A DNA stretch of 64,000 nt. Source: Takakia lepidozioides. Lineage: Eukaryota; Plantae; Bryophyta. Where the stretch lies: positions 2,852,001 to 2,916,000 of the forward strand of contig CM060733.1 in the NCBI GenBank assembly GCA_030704615.1. The letters run 5' to 3'. Position numbers and translations under genes: made by a program. Numbering within the stretch: position 1 is the stretch's first letter; each line of letters opens with the position of its first letter. Under the pieces are notes generated by a model. The model saw only the letters and a list, made by a program, of their open reading frames with translations, was not told where the DNA came from and did not search any database. This document shows positions 10,421 to 22,980 of the stretch, one piece after another.

Positions 10421-12947
10421 TTTCGTTTGTATCAACAGTGGAATTGTGCAGATGGGGGACAAGACATAGTTACTTGTGACGGACTAGTTCCTATCCTGAA
10501 TTACTCTCAACACTTTGGAAATGTGGTGGGGAGAGAGAGAGAGGGAGAGAGAGTCGAACATGACAATTCACAAGAAACTTTCTGATGCATCTTGTCGACT
10601 GCTTCTCTCTCATCAAAAACCTATCAAGGTGTTGTGGTCACAGGCACAGCCTTGTGAGAACATTCCTTTTCGGTGCTTCTGCCCTACCTGCCCCTCCACA
10701 CCTGTTGTCCCCAAACTGTGGAACTACACAGAACTATGCTATGCCACTATTGACATAGCTAGAAGATAATGACACTGCAAGCAGCTATCAGACAGACAGA
10801 AATTCCACTAAAATTGAAAATCTGCTTCCCTGTGGCAGGCTGTGCATTGCTGAGGTGTCCTGGCACTTTTGAGGACCTTTGATCCACTGCCTGTTCATTG
10901 TTCACTATGAAGTGTGGTGATATCTTGCGCGAAAAAAATAGTCAGGGTCAGAAACAATTGCTTACAGCCTGCGCACCGGATAAATCATTGTTTGCCCCCT
11001 CTCGTGTGCGTCACTCCACCCTCATCTGCTTTGACTTCCATGCCTTCCACCTGTCCAAACCCAGAAGAGCAATAGTTCAATGGCAGTAATTACTGAGCAG
11101 CTCTCTTTTTATTCAACATAGAAGCATTCACAGACAGACATTCGGCAGACCACTACTTACTGCAGAATAAAAAGAAAGGTTGAACTGATTTCCAGACTGC
11201 AACTAATGATTAGGAACTCATTTGACAACAAGAAGTCAAAATATTCTAACTCAGTGAAGGAAGAGTTCTCCAGGGCTCTAGCTCCGCGATAAGGTCCTTG
11301 CAGCCATCGCATCACCTTTGACCACCACCATGGGATGCTGAATTAAATAAAGCAGCAGGTTCAGCTTCTATTGTGGTATTGATATGAAGTCTAAACTATT
11401 GGAGGAGGCCAGGGAGTTTCCTAGGACTTACCTTGCCACATGTCAGCATGCAAGCAGTTGCGTGGCTTGAAGGAAAACTGTGATAAGCTTGAATGGAAGA
11501 AGCAAGGGTGTTCTCCACAACTGCAAAGGGCCAGAACAGCAACAGGCATCCCCAAAGATCACTAGGCCTTACAAACACTGGCAAATTCACTCTTCCAGTT
11601 GTCTGTGTATTTTTCAAATAACTGCTCTGTGTGTAGCATTGCAATTTCAGCAGCTGCTTGCAACTCAAAACTCATTTCAGAAGCCCAGGTTATCAACTAT
11701 CCAAACAGCATCACTGTTTGCCGGGATATCAATACGTCGATGACCAATGAACGCACGAGTTTAGACTGAGCAACTGCCATTCATCATCATAATCTCAGAC
11801 ATTTCAACAAAGCGCCTAGCCCTCAATACGCATACTGTTTGCATTTTCTCTAGCGAGAGACCAGAAACATAAGCTTAGGAAAGTCAGCATCAGATCCACA
11901 CTCAGCACAGGCCCACTATCTCCAAATCCACATGCGTTCATTTGAATCACAGAGACGGCTAAGCAGCACAACCGACACGCTCCTGAGGCCCTAGCCTAGC
12001 ATTGTAGTTCGATACTCGGTCCACATGGCAGAGGAGAGGAACTCACAGCAAGAATCACAAAAATGAAAGTACGAATGGTGGCAACGAATGCGATCTGGGC
12101 AGAATCGCAGCAACCTATCAGCTGCCAGTTTGCCATCTTCTAGGATCGCGGTTGCATGCACTTCACAGATGACAGCGACAACCATTTGCTCATCCAATCG
12201 CATTGCTGGTACACCGTACACCACTGCCAGATCTCTAGACTGAATCATACTCCAGTGAGTATGGCCATGCCAGTGACAGCTCGCACGCCACTGCCAGATT
12301 CCTCTCCAGACTGCTCACCAAAACCTCAGATCATGCATTCAACTGCTGGAAAATCGTGCAAATATATGCTCACCTACACGTCAGGATGAGCTATGACCTG
12401 CAAATGGGTTTCTCGGCACATTCACCTTTCTGCCTCAATAATCCCACCATTGTCTCGGGTCTGAAAAATATTCCATCCAAAGCTTCTCCTCATCTCTGCT
12501 TTCTCTGTTTTCAGATAATTTCTTGTTGCCACACTAGCAGTAACATGTCCTCATCATGTCCTCATCACCCTAAACCACCACGCATGTCATCAATTGTGCT
12601 AACTTGGACATCTTCACATGCAAAATCAGGGACCAGGCTGTTAAGTGGATGACATGCGTGAAGAATAAATTGCCTGGTTTTACCTGGTCTGCTGAGCTGC
12701 TGCTTCTTCTACTTGCCCATCCACCCATGCTGGACCTCACCATGACCACAGCTTTCCAAAGAGGACCAACAAAGGGAGTCCACAATGCCTTTTCTGGCAC
12801 TTTTGGGCATGTCAGGAGGCTCTATGGGGCATGGCAACTGAAAGTCATGGGACGCCATGGTACGGAAACAAACTCCTTGATGTGGGACGCCACAACTTGG
12901 ATGTTAGTTTCTACAAAATGGACAAGTCGATGATGACATCGACTCCC

Positions 12948-15900
12948 TGTTGGTAGGGGTGTGTGTCGCGGCCCTTTGCCTTGAGGGCAGGGGGTCGGGA
13001 CACAAGAGGGGCTGCCCCTGTGGTGGGCAGTGGCAACAATAGGTACGGGGGCTGAAGCACCCTTGAGTGCCCAAGGCACTAAAGGAGGCGGAGGCGCTCA
13101 CTAGGTGGAGCCCTACACACCGGGTTGCGGTGGGGGTGGTTCCACGAGGGATGGTGGTAGCTTAGTGGGTCTTACTGGGGGTGGCATAAGACTCACCATG
13201 GGGCGGAGACCTTGTGGTGGGAGTTGTGGGGAGTCTTGAGACTCATCACGGTCCATTGGGGCCGTGGTGGGTGGGCCAAGACTCACCGTGACTCATCACC
13301 GTGAGTCAAGGGTCTTCGTGGTGGTTCGTCATAAAATGACTGGGTTGTTTGTGAAACCCCCGCGGATAGTCACAGAAGTATATATAGGAAGTAGTAACCC
13401 CGAGAACGGTGCAAGCCCGTTGGTGACAAAAAACTAGTGAGTAAGCGTGCGAGCTGGAAAGCGACCAATGTGTAGGGAGTTCCGGACTGCCATCAACCAA
13501 ATGGAATTTCCACTGGGCCCAAATTGAGCGAGGGTCTTATGGAGGAGTAGAAAGGGACCGTTATGTCCCGGTGAGCAGCCGAAGCTCCAAGTTGGCTCGG
13601 CGGCCAGTTTGGAGTTAGGCGCGCGCATCAAAGCGAGTAACTATGACGTGAAGGGGAGCTTACCGAAGTGAGATGCGCGACACTACTGGTATGGCCCACA
13701 AATGGAAGAGGTCTGCGACATCCATGAATCCAAAGCGCTCAGGAGTTTATATGACTAGGGTACCTCCAAGGAGCAGCAGGGCGTGCGATTCCAGTCGACC
13801 GTTCGAACATCTAGGGGCCGATTAAAACAACTGCAGGCAAACGGTCTACTGCCTATCCTCCCCTCAACATCCGATCGCTATTCAAGCAGAGGCAAGTTAG
13901 GAGAGCTTGACCTCAATGACAAACTACCCACTGGGTTATTCTTTCAATAACACGATTGACAACAGTCAATTCCAGGTAGAAATTTCCACGTTGCTCCAAT
14001 GCAGTTTATGAGGATGTTGGAGGCGTGGAGCATACATGATCATGATACGATTTCATTTTCATGCTCGGATAAGTCAGTGACAGGGATCAAGTATGGGTTC
14101 CCTATGTGTTTTAGTTCATTCATGCAAAACAGACACTGCAGTGCAGCAAGTAGCAGACTCCCGGCAGTGATCTCTTTTTCCCAGGAGGACAATTCCACCT
14201 TTTGGTATGATTTTAATTCCAGGAGCTTCCAAGGAGTCTCAGTCTCCTATAAAAAATCCTAAAAAGGTTTTATCCAGCGGTAGCGGTCGACTGGGATTTT
14301 GCTGTGTTAAGTACCTTCAGTGAACAGGACAAGGCCGGAATCGAGCGTTGTTTGTGGAGGGCTTTTTATTATGTGGTTAAAAGGGAGACAAGATGATGTG
14401 GAAGGAGTATCAGCCCCTGGCGTCGTTCTGTTCCCAACCAAAAAATTATGCTACGCGTTGAAACATAGTTTTCACGTGCAATTGGCGCTTGTTTATTTTT
14501 TATGGTTGATGGTTGGACCACATGAACTTAAGGATTGGTGGGTATTTCCAGCATACCACAAGGGAGTTTGTGGCCAAGTTTCAAGAATTTTGGAGGAAGT
14601 TAGCAACAATTCACTATTTTTTAGGGTTTCGGGCGACCGTGGCAAAGAGAAATTCATTTTGAGGGAATTTTTGGGTCCACAAGAATTAGCACCGCCCCCA
14701 ACCAGCTGGCTGGCCACCTACCAACCAAGAAGTGGTTGATTGCCTATTCCATCCAAGGATTTTTGGATGTCATCCATTCTTTTTTTATAGTATTTCTAGT
14801 ATAAGTAGGTTAGGATTTGAGCTTGCTCAAGACTTCACTTGTGTTTTTTTTGCTTGTTAGTTGCTTGTTAGTTAGTTGCTTGAAGCTAGCTAGAGAAGCT
14901 TGCTTTATGTTTTGGCAACTAGCTTTTGTTGTGAAGTTCCTAAATTGTTTGTTGGCTAGAGCTTAGCCTAGATGTTTTAGGCAAGCTTAGAGGAAGCATC
15001 TAGTTTGTGCTAGGGAGACCAGGGAGATCCTAGGACCTAGTGTGTAAGGGCCAAGAGCCATTTTTATGTGAAAAAAGGAGAGCATCTTTCCCAAAAAGCA
15101 AAGAGGTTTTGTCATTTGAGAGTGTGGTGAGCCTTTAAGGAGTGAAGAGGAGGTAGGAGCAACAAACCCATAGGAGAGGTGAGCACTACCCATTCCCTTC
15201 AAGTTTTGGTAGCCTACTTAGCCAAGTGACCCCCTTTGAGTGGAGAGGAGATAGTCTAAGCCTTTGTTCATGTGTGATGCATTTTGGTGTTCTCTTGCTT
15301 GTCCATTGTTGTTGGAAGCTTATATCTAACCTTAGCTTGGTCCTAGCTACCTAAAGAGTAGTGGGAGCTTGGGGAAAGAGAGAGACTAACCCTCCTTAGT
15401 GGCCAAGAGGCCCAAGGAGTTGTCATTTTTATCTATGCTTTGTCTTTTGGCTTAAGAGTGGAAAGATCTAACCCTTAGAGAGCTAACCATGCAGTGGGAT
15501 CTCTAGGAGGGGTGTGGGTTCTCTTCGTTGTTGGCCACTAGGCTTGATGTTCATGTGTGAAGCTAGCTAGGCATGCAAGGGAAGCTAACCCACTAATATT
15601 GGGTAGATGCTTGCATAAAGCTTAGTGGGAAACCTTCTTTTGTTTTGTTATTTCATTTCATTTGGCGCATGTGAGTGTAGCTTAGTGTGTACTAAGCCCT
15701 CTAAACTTGCCATTTATTTGTCTCTTTGTTAAGCATATCACCCCCCATAGGAGAGGAGCAAGGTGGAAGAGCTAGCAAATTTGTGATGTTTTTTCAAGTT
15801 TATTTTGTCGCTGGAAATTTATTTTTCATGCATAACTAATTTACAGATCAAAAATCAGATCTAATATGGCCTCCCTAGCTTGGTTAAGCTATGGAGGACC

Positions 15901-17330
15901 ATAGCTAACCCTAGGGAAGGTTAAGCTAGCCCCTTTGGGGTTAGCTTGGGGTTTATTTCTTTGTTTTTTTTAGGTGCAAGCAAAAGACCATGGATTCATG
16001 ATGGGGTTCCCAAAAGTGAGGCGCCATAAGGGCGATACCATGGCAATAGCCATGAGTTGGCTATTGGTTTAAAGCGCGCTGCAGGCCCGGCGGAATCCGA
16101 GGCGTTGACCACCCCAACCCCCAAACTGCTTGACAGCAGCCATGCAGGGGGGTTAGGCCGTGCTGGCCACCTAAGCGTATTCTGGTTTTACCCAGCGGTC
16201 CGTAGCTTTACCCGGGAGGTCGCGACCAGCGGTCTGTCGGCCCGCCCTACAACGTGCTGCCACGTTGCGTTGAGACCATCGGGTAACCAGGATGGTCCGG
16301 ACCAGTGGGTAAGAAATTAAGGGGGGGGGTCTTAGCTAGGAAAATACTTTTTGAATGGTCTTGCCTAGTTCGATTGAGGGAGTGTTGAGATGTTGCATCC
16401 TTAGCGGCTGGTTTGGGAATTTTAATGGAAGGTGAAGGCATTTGAGGCTTTCGTTTTGGTATGTCATAGGTGGTCAGATCGGGAATCGGCCGCTCGGCTC
16501 ACACCGAGACACCTTGCTCACGAAAAGCGGACGATAAATCCAAAGCTTTTGGGAGGGGTAGAAGGGGGTTTGAAGTGGGAGAGGGAGTTATTTCCGGTTG
16601 CACCCAGCCTTAAAATGCAGATAAGGTGGAGGAACCAACAGCGGACCTACCAAAATATATTATTCATATGTGAGGAGCGTTTTTTGAGGAATGTGGAATA
16701 GTGGATGGTTAGGAATGGATGGATGAGGGGCGGATGAGATAAGCAGTATTTCATCTTCAGAATGGATGTAGGACGGATGAAATAAATGCAGGATATAAAT
16801 GCAGTTTTTCATCCATTATAGGGATGAACGGCGGATGATCTGTGGATGATAAATGCAGTTTTCATTCGATATTTTAACAGGTCATTTTAGCTCTAGGGGG
16901 TTTGAACCTGAGATCTAGAGGCTAGGGACTATGTACTAAAGGCTGAGGGGATTGTTTGGACCTATTAGGCCAATTCCCTATGGTTCCACATTTTTGTCTG
17001 AATTATCTAGAGGCGAAGCCATAGATCATTGGAAAGCTTAGATAAATTCCTACCTTATGCTTATTTTTCTAGAATTAACGAATTTTTAGCCTTAGTAATT
17101 AATTTTGAAGTGCGTTTTTCTGTTTAAAAAATTACCAAAAAATAAGAATACAGGTAAATAAATCTAGGATTTTTATCTCTATTTTCTAATTATCATAACT
17201 TGCCTAGGATAATATTTTTCCCATTTTTCTTATCAACATCTAGTGCGAGAAAATAGCCAGGGGCCCTCCCAGCTAACGAAAAAATGAAATATTGTCCAAG
17301 TAGAGCTTTTTGGCTAGGCTAAAGTGTGCT
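12948..17330. mobile_element. Largely non-coding, LTR/TE-like nested insertion(s); boundaries uncertain
   Basis: Abrupt TGTTGG start, TATATA box at ~13378, low-complexity AGCTAG- and GGATG-rich tracts, no recognisable protein. No TSD found. Confidence 0.35.
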
Positions 17331-17859
17331 CTCCCCTTCGGACAGAGGGAACGTAGGCGACCTCTTTGCACACACATGCGATCCGGGGGGGCGTGTAGGT
17401 GAAGCAACCCAGACCTAAGCGACTTGCCCTTAACGCTTTCGATAGCAGTCAATCCAAGTGAAGATCTTCCGAGCACACCGACAAGCTTCAGGGCGAAGCC
17501 GTGTTAACCGTAATAAAAAAAACTTGGAAGACAATTAGCTAGGAATAAACTCATCACTCAAATACAAGTCAAGCCAAGTGCACCCCACGCCATGGGGAAT
17601 CCACACTACGACGCCATAGGAGACAACAAACGAATTATGCCCCGCGTGCGTAGGAGTTGAAACCTGCGTTTGCTGATAGTTTAGGATAGCGGGAGGCAAT
17701 TCCCTCCATCAACCGTTAACCCTCCGCCAAGCTTAGCGACACACTTCACGGGTGGGCGATTCTTGAGCCCAACCCACCTCGACACCGGACTCCAGGCCCC
17801 GGATCGATGTTAGCCTTTGTTTTCCCCGCGAATGTTGCGCGCGCGGCGAGGCTCGTCAT

Positions 17860-19704
17860 TGTGTCTTCACTCCTGCTGCCCTTGTGTTCTTTGCAATAGA
17901 CACTCTTTCAGTCACAGGTACTATATGTTTCTTGGATTTTTTTCTAGGTGAATGTCCTTCATCGGTGTCATTTGCTCAACGTTTGCTACAAGTTTTCTGC
18001 ACAGGTGGTGGGGACATAGCATCGTCCTCAACAGCAACATCCACCATAGCCACACCAATCTTGGGACCAGAAAGAGAGCGGGGCTCCGTAGAAGTTTCAA
18101 CATTTTCTTCATCATCACACATTACCAATTGTTTCTTTGCCATCTTCTGAGCAGGTCTAGCAGGGGATGGAATTTGACGAACTGGTGGTTTTGAAAGTGT
18201 CTCAACTGCCATGGATTTAGGAATCCTGTGCTCTGTTCCACTTCCAGGTTCAGTTGTACGACTTTGAAGCAACCGATTTGGAGATGACACATCATCTCCC
18301 CCACCACCATTGGGTGTCTTCGCAGTAGCAGCAATCTCAAAGCTTGCAATAGATGGGCTCAGGCGCGATGATCTGGCTGCTCCCACATGGGAGCTTAAAT
18401 GAGGAAGAACATGATTACCAGAAAATGAAACCGAAGTGCGTGTAGGGCCTGCTCCCAACCCACAATGACAACAGTAAATGACTGATCACATGTTGATCAT
18501 AGTCTAACAAATTGACATTACATTTCCACAATGGACTCCAAAACAAGTCAGCAAACATTTAGGGAGCAGAGATGATGTTCCATGGATGTCCATGGACTTT
18601 ATATGACATGACAGTTGACTACCATGGAGGAAAATAACATGGAAACAGGAGCTATGGAGGAATCATGACACCATAACATGGACAAAGAAGGAGCCATCTT
18701 GGAAAAACAAGGAATTCAGGGCTACCAATGGACTCCATAGGGAATGGAGTGAATTCGGAAAAATAATAGAATGTCACAGACAAATAAGGCACATTCCTGG
18801 AAATGAAATGAAATTCAGGATGCACCAAGGACTTCAGAGAGAAAGTGGTGACTAAATAGGAACAATGATAGTGACATGGACAAAGAAGCTGCATCTCAAG
18901 AAATGCCATGGAGTTCAGGATGCACAATGGACTCCAGAGGCCATGCATTTCACAATTTTGGAACAAAATTTAGTAGGATGAACAAACAAAAGCAAACAGG
19001 GAGCAGGTCATGGACTTACCCTAGATTAGGTCGCCATAGGCGTTGTCCGTCGGTTCATATTCCCAATCTCCACTTCCCTTCGTTGCATCGTCACCAAGTG
19101 TTGACGGTCGTTTCATGCCCACACTAGTCCACCAGTTTGTGTGGAGCTCTTGTCCACAATCTTTCTCCAAACATGTACATGATGTGGAGAAATGCGCTAG
19201 TGCACACCATGAATGGTATGCATGACCGCAAGACACCACCAAACAATCCCAGTCTGGCTTAAATCCCTTGCCACAAAAAGCACATTGAGAAATAGTTACA
19301 AATTCAGTACTTCTATGTTCTGCACTTTCACCATAGAGGTTGGAGTGAGGGGAAGGTGTGAGTTCAGGCCTGTGCAGGCCACGATCCTTAGCTCGTAGCT
19401 CTTTTGCGATAGCCGTCTTCTGCCTCTCACAGGCTTTGTGGCGATCGAAAGCTGCAGACCGCGCATCTTCATCGGCCTTAGCCTTCTCCAAGCACAATTT
19501 GTGCACCGATTCCCTCCCCTCCATGGATTCCCTAATGTGGTCAACAATGCCCAACTGGGAGTCCAGCTTACGCTGCAAAACTTCCAAACCCTCACGACAT
19601 GACACCACATCTGCTGCTTCCACACTGTCCGCAGACAAGAACGCGCTCATCTTCCAGCATGCAGCCAAAGTGCTTCGCTGCCGGAGTAACACCTTCATGT
19701 TCAC
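17860..19704 (-). pseudogene. Element-associated coiled-coil + RING-like gene (5'-truncated, spliced, premature stops)
   Basis: CAFC-x12-CGHAYHSWC-x9-CLEKDC (RING-H2-like). A TAG sits just before the gtaagt donor at ~19019. A disordered exon follows at ~18450-17860. Confidence 0.7.
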
Positions 19705-19734
19705 ATTTAAAGGTGATGTTGTCTGGCTTCAAAC

Positions 19735-19830
19735 CTTTTTGTTAATTCTTTCAAAGAGATGCAGGGCCTTCCTGTGACGACCATGCTGAGCATATCCTGC
19801 AATCATTGCACTCCACCACACCATTACAAC
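19735..19830 (-). pseudogene. Single captured PPR motif
   Basis: WSAMIAGYAQHGRHRKALHLFERI. Confidence 0.85.
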
Positions 19831-20029
19831 AAGCGGATGACATGTGTTGAAGAAGAAAGTGCCGGATTTTGACAAGTCTGCTGCTGCTGCTGCTTTCTGC
19901 AGTTGCCCATCCACACATGCTTAATTGCTGAAACACATGTCTCCCTCAAAGCCTATTGCGAGGCAGTTGCCGACATCTCGTGTTGTTTAGCTTACATGTC
20001 GCAAGCTTTACCTGCACCCCTCAAAACAC

Positions 20030-20125
20030 ATATCGTCCTTGAACAGATCATTACCAAACATGAAATATGCTAAGGCAAAGGAGTATGAAAGGGCTCGTCG
20101 TTCCCTAAACAGTTTGAGCTCCGCA
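20030..20125 (-). pseudogene. ARIADNE (RBR E3 ligase) fragment
   Basis: LFRERRALSYSFALAYFMFGNDLFKDDM resembles the Ariadne domain of plant ARI1/ARI2. Confidence 0.7.
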
Positions 20126-20534
20126 TCTGAGAGGAAGATTGTCTCATCTCTGATTGTGTCTGCACTGTATTCTCCTCTTCTGTATGGGGGCAATACAGAA
20201 GTGGAGAAAACAGTCCAGACTCAATGCCGGACTGAGTGTGGAATGCTATTAGGCGTGATTTAAGTTGATGAACCCTGCACCCACCCAGTTATCAGGTGCT
20301 ATCTACCAGCTTACAAGACAACATGAACCCAAATGCCACTCATGACACGAGAGTGCAGGGGTGCAATCTTTCTAAGCTACAGGCAAAAGAAAACAAATAC
20401 AAGGCATACCTCATTGCTGCAGCTCCTTGTACAGCTCACCTTTACCTGCATACCCCAGTACCAAATACATGTGTGTGCCAGCTAAATCCCCGTATAATTG
20501 GTCACGTCAAGACACTTAAACCTTTCCAGAAAAC

Positions 20535-20716
20535 CAGTATTTCCCACAAGAACAAACCCCATCTTCAAAGTGATGAAAGCGGTTTGAGTCCCGTACCACA
20601 ATTGTTCAGCCAACAGTCTTTGAGATGAGCTTGGTGGCGGTGTGGCAGTCTCCACACACCCGAAGATTCTTCATCAGATGGAGAGGCATCCCAGGGGCCG
20701 TGCTGATCAGCCCCAA
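20535..20716 (-). pseudogene. DYW deaminase C-terminal half
   Basis: [59 protein letters not shown]. Confidence 0.93.
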
Positions 20717-21680
20717 ACCTTGTCCAAATTAATATGTGGTGCAATCCTAGCTTTCAGGATGTCTGCATGGACCTTTCTGCCCAGTTCCAGAGCTCCTAGG
20801 TGTGCACACACATTGAGAACACAGAGGAATGTAACACTGTCCGGCTGCACCCTTTCCCATCGCATTTCCTGATAGAGCTTGAAAGCCTCCCTATCACACC
20901 CGTGCTGAGCATATCCTGCAATAATGGCATTCCATGAGGACACATTTTATTCAGTCATATTGTTGAACACCTGACATGCATCCTTCATGCTCCCACACTT
21001 GGCATACATGTCAGCAAGGGCAGTCTCCAGGATAATATCTGGTTCAATTTCAGCTTGGATGATGTCAGCATGCACCTCTTTGCCCTTTTCCAAGGATCCT
21101 AAGCAGGCACATGCATTGAGAACGCAAATGAACGTGACCCTGTTGGGCATTGTCCCTTCCCATAGCATTTGCTCATAGATATCAAAAGCCTCTCTACCAC
21201 ACCCACACTGAGCATACCCAGCAATCATTGCACTACATGAGACCACATCATGTTGAACCATTTTGTCAAACACTTGACGTGCATCCTTCACACTCCCACA
21301 TTTGGCATACATGTCAACAAGGGTATTCTCCACAATGATATTTATCTTTATTTCACTTTTGTTGAGGTCAGCATGGACCTCTTTCCCCTTTTTCAGCGAT
21401 CCCAGACTTGGCACACGCGTTGAGAACACTGACATATGTGGCCTTGGTGGGTGTTACCCCTTCCACTTGAATTTGCTCATACATCTCAAAAGCCTCTCTA
21501 GCACACCCATGCTGGGAATATCCTGCAATCATGGTGTTCCAACAAACCACGCCTTGTAGAGACATGTTGTCAAACACTTGGCGCACATCCTTTACATTCC
21601 CACACTTGGCATACATATCAGCAAGGGCAGTCTCCAGAATGATATCTTGTCGAATTCCAGCCTTATGAATGATATCAATC
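20717..21680 (-). pseudogene. PLS-class PPR repeat tract (frameshifted)
   Basis: Repeated ALxDMYAKCG, SWNAIIAGYAQHG and TFLCVLNxCA motifs across three ORFs. Confidence 0.95.
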
Positions 21681-22675
21681 AAGGAAGCATAGTACCCCAG
21701 TAATTGACACACGCACAAGTCATAAAGTATCTGTCCCATCCAACACTACCAATGAATTGTGCTCGAAATATTGAAACACATGCTCACCAATCATTTAACA
21801 GCAATTTATTTCACACAAGCAGGACTAATCAGACCTGGCTGTCTCCAACACAACCCATAGCCCAATAACCTAAATTTTTTACGAGAACATGAATGTCTGA
21901 AGTCAAAACCCCGTGGAACATAGTACAATACAACAGTGCTTTTGGTGCAACAAGGAAGTGTGTACATATTTGAAGGTGTAAATCCACTGGACTTATCAAT
22001 CAATAGACCTCACCTAATGCTACTCAGTACCTGTTACTGACTCTAAACCGATTCAACATCCCAGTGTCCAATCTTACATGATGGTCTTGTTTGACAAATG
22101 CTCAGACAGGAAATGTACAAGTTCTGATGGCTTCTCGTCTGCTTCACACTCCAAGTACTGCCAACCTCACATGACTAGTCAATACAGTGCATCGTTTACA
22201 GCTCCTATTCACTGTCATTTTACATTGAATCTGTCTTTGCCCCAACTCTAGCTTCTTTAAACTCAACTGAGCACATAAAACATGACTATATTGGCAGCAG
22301 CTGACCCCAAATTTGAGGCACTACAATACAAGGCAGTTTATATTTTGTTGTCGACCCATCAAACATTTGCACGCAAATTCCAGGAGACGAACCACACTGC
22401 TGCTATCCAACCCAAACACACCTGCAGAGTGAGTCCAGCTGGCGTCTTTGAAGAAAAAGATGTGTTGGAAGAGGAGGTAAGCCGCTTGGCCTGGGTTTGC
22501 ACCTCCACATGCACGGGGTGCCCTGCTTGGGCCAGTTCCTCTACTGCCTCTGTCAGTGCTGCTGAAAAAAGGCCTGTACACCGCTGCTTGGGCAGCCGTG
22601 CTATGGCTGCTGTTAGCTGCCTCTGAAAACCCATATCGAGGAGCTTGTCTGCCTCATCCAGGATCAATACCGGAA
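21680..22675 (-). pseudogene. DEAD-box helicase fragment (DDX55/Spb4, RH18-like), 3 exons and 2 introns
   Basis: [12 protein letters not shown]...[10 protein letters not shown] | YLECEADEKPSELVHFL...KTII | YFMTCACVNYWG. GT-AG introns 22158-22421 and 21731-22077 are phase compatible. Confidence 0.9.
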
Positions 22676-22980
22676 AACGTCCACTTTCAGAACACCCCAA
22701 CACACGCACCACTTCTAAGGCCTATGTTGTAAAATGAGATACTCCTGCGTCCCAATCCAGACAGTCCCTGTAGGATGGGAACTCATGTACCACTAGTCTA
22801 CCATACCATTGCAGTTCTTACATGCAGTCCAACTTCATAATACTTGTAACATGATGTCCCCTTCCCCCATCATTTGCTCATAGGTCTCCAAAAGGGAAAT
22901 CCCATGGGAAAGTAAGTATGTGATGGGCACAACAATGTTCACCTTACAGAATGACGGGCTGCAACTGACATCTTGAAAGC

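Noticed and set aside
11432-11520. PAP2 phosphatase-like SFPSSHA motif
   Set aside because: The match is too short and no other PAP2 motifs are present.
13635-13647. 13-bp match to 28S rRNA (GAGTAACTATGAC)
   Set aside because: The flanks are not rRNA-like, so chance is the likely explanation.
7190-19710. ORF1 and the RING ORF as halves of one gene separated by an inversion
   Set aside because: ORF1 appears to have its own second exon and stop at ~7667, and no breakpoint evidence was found.
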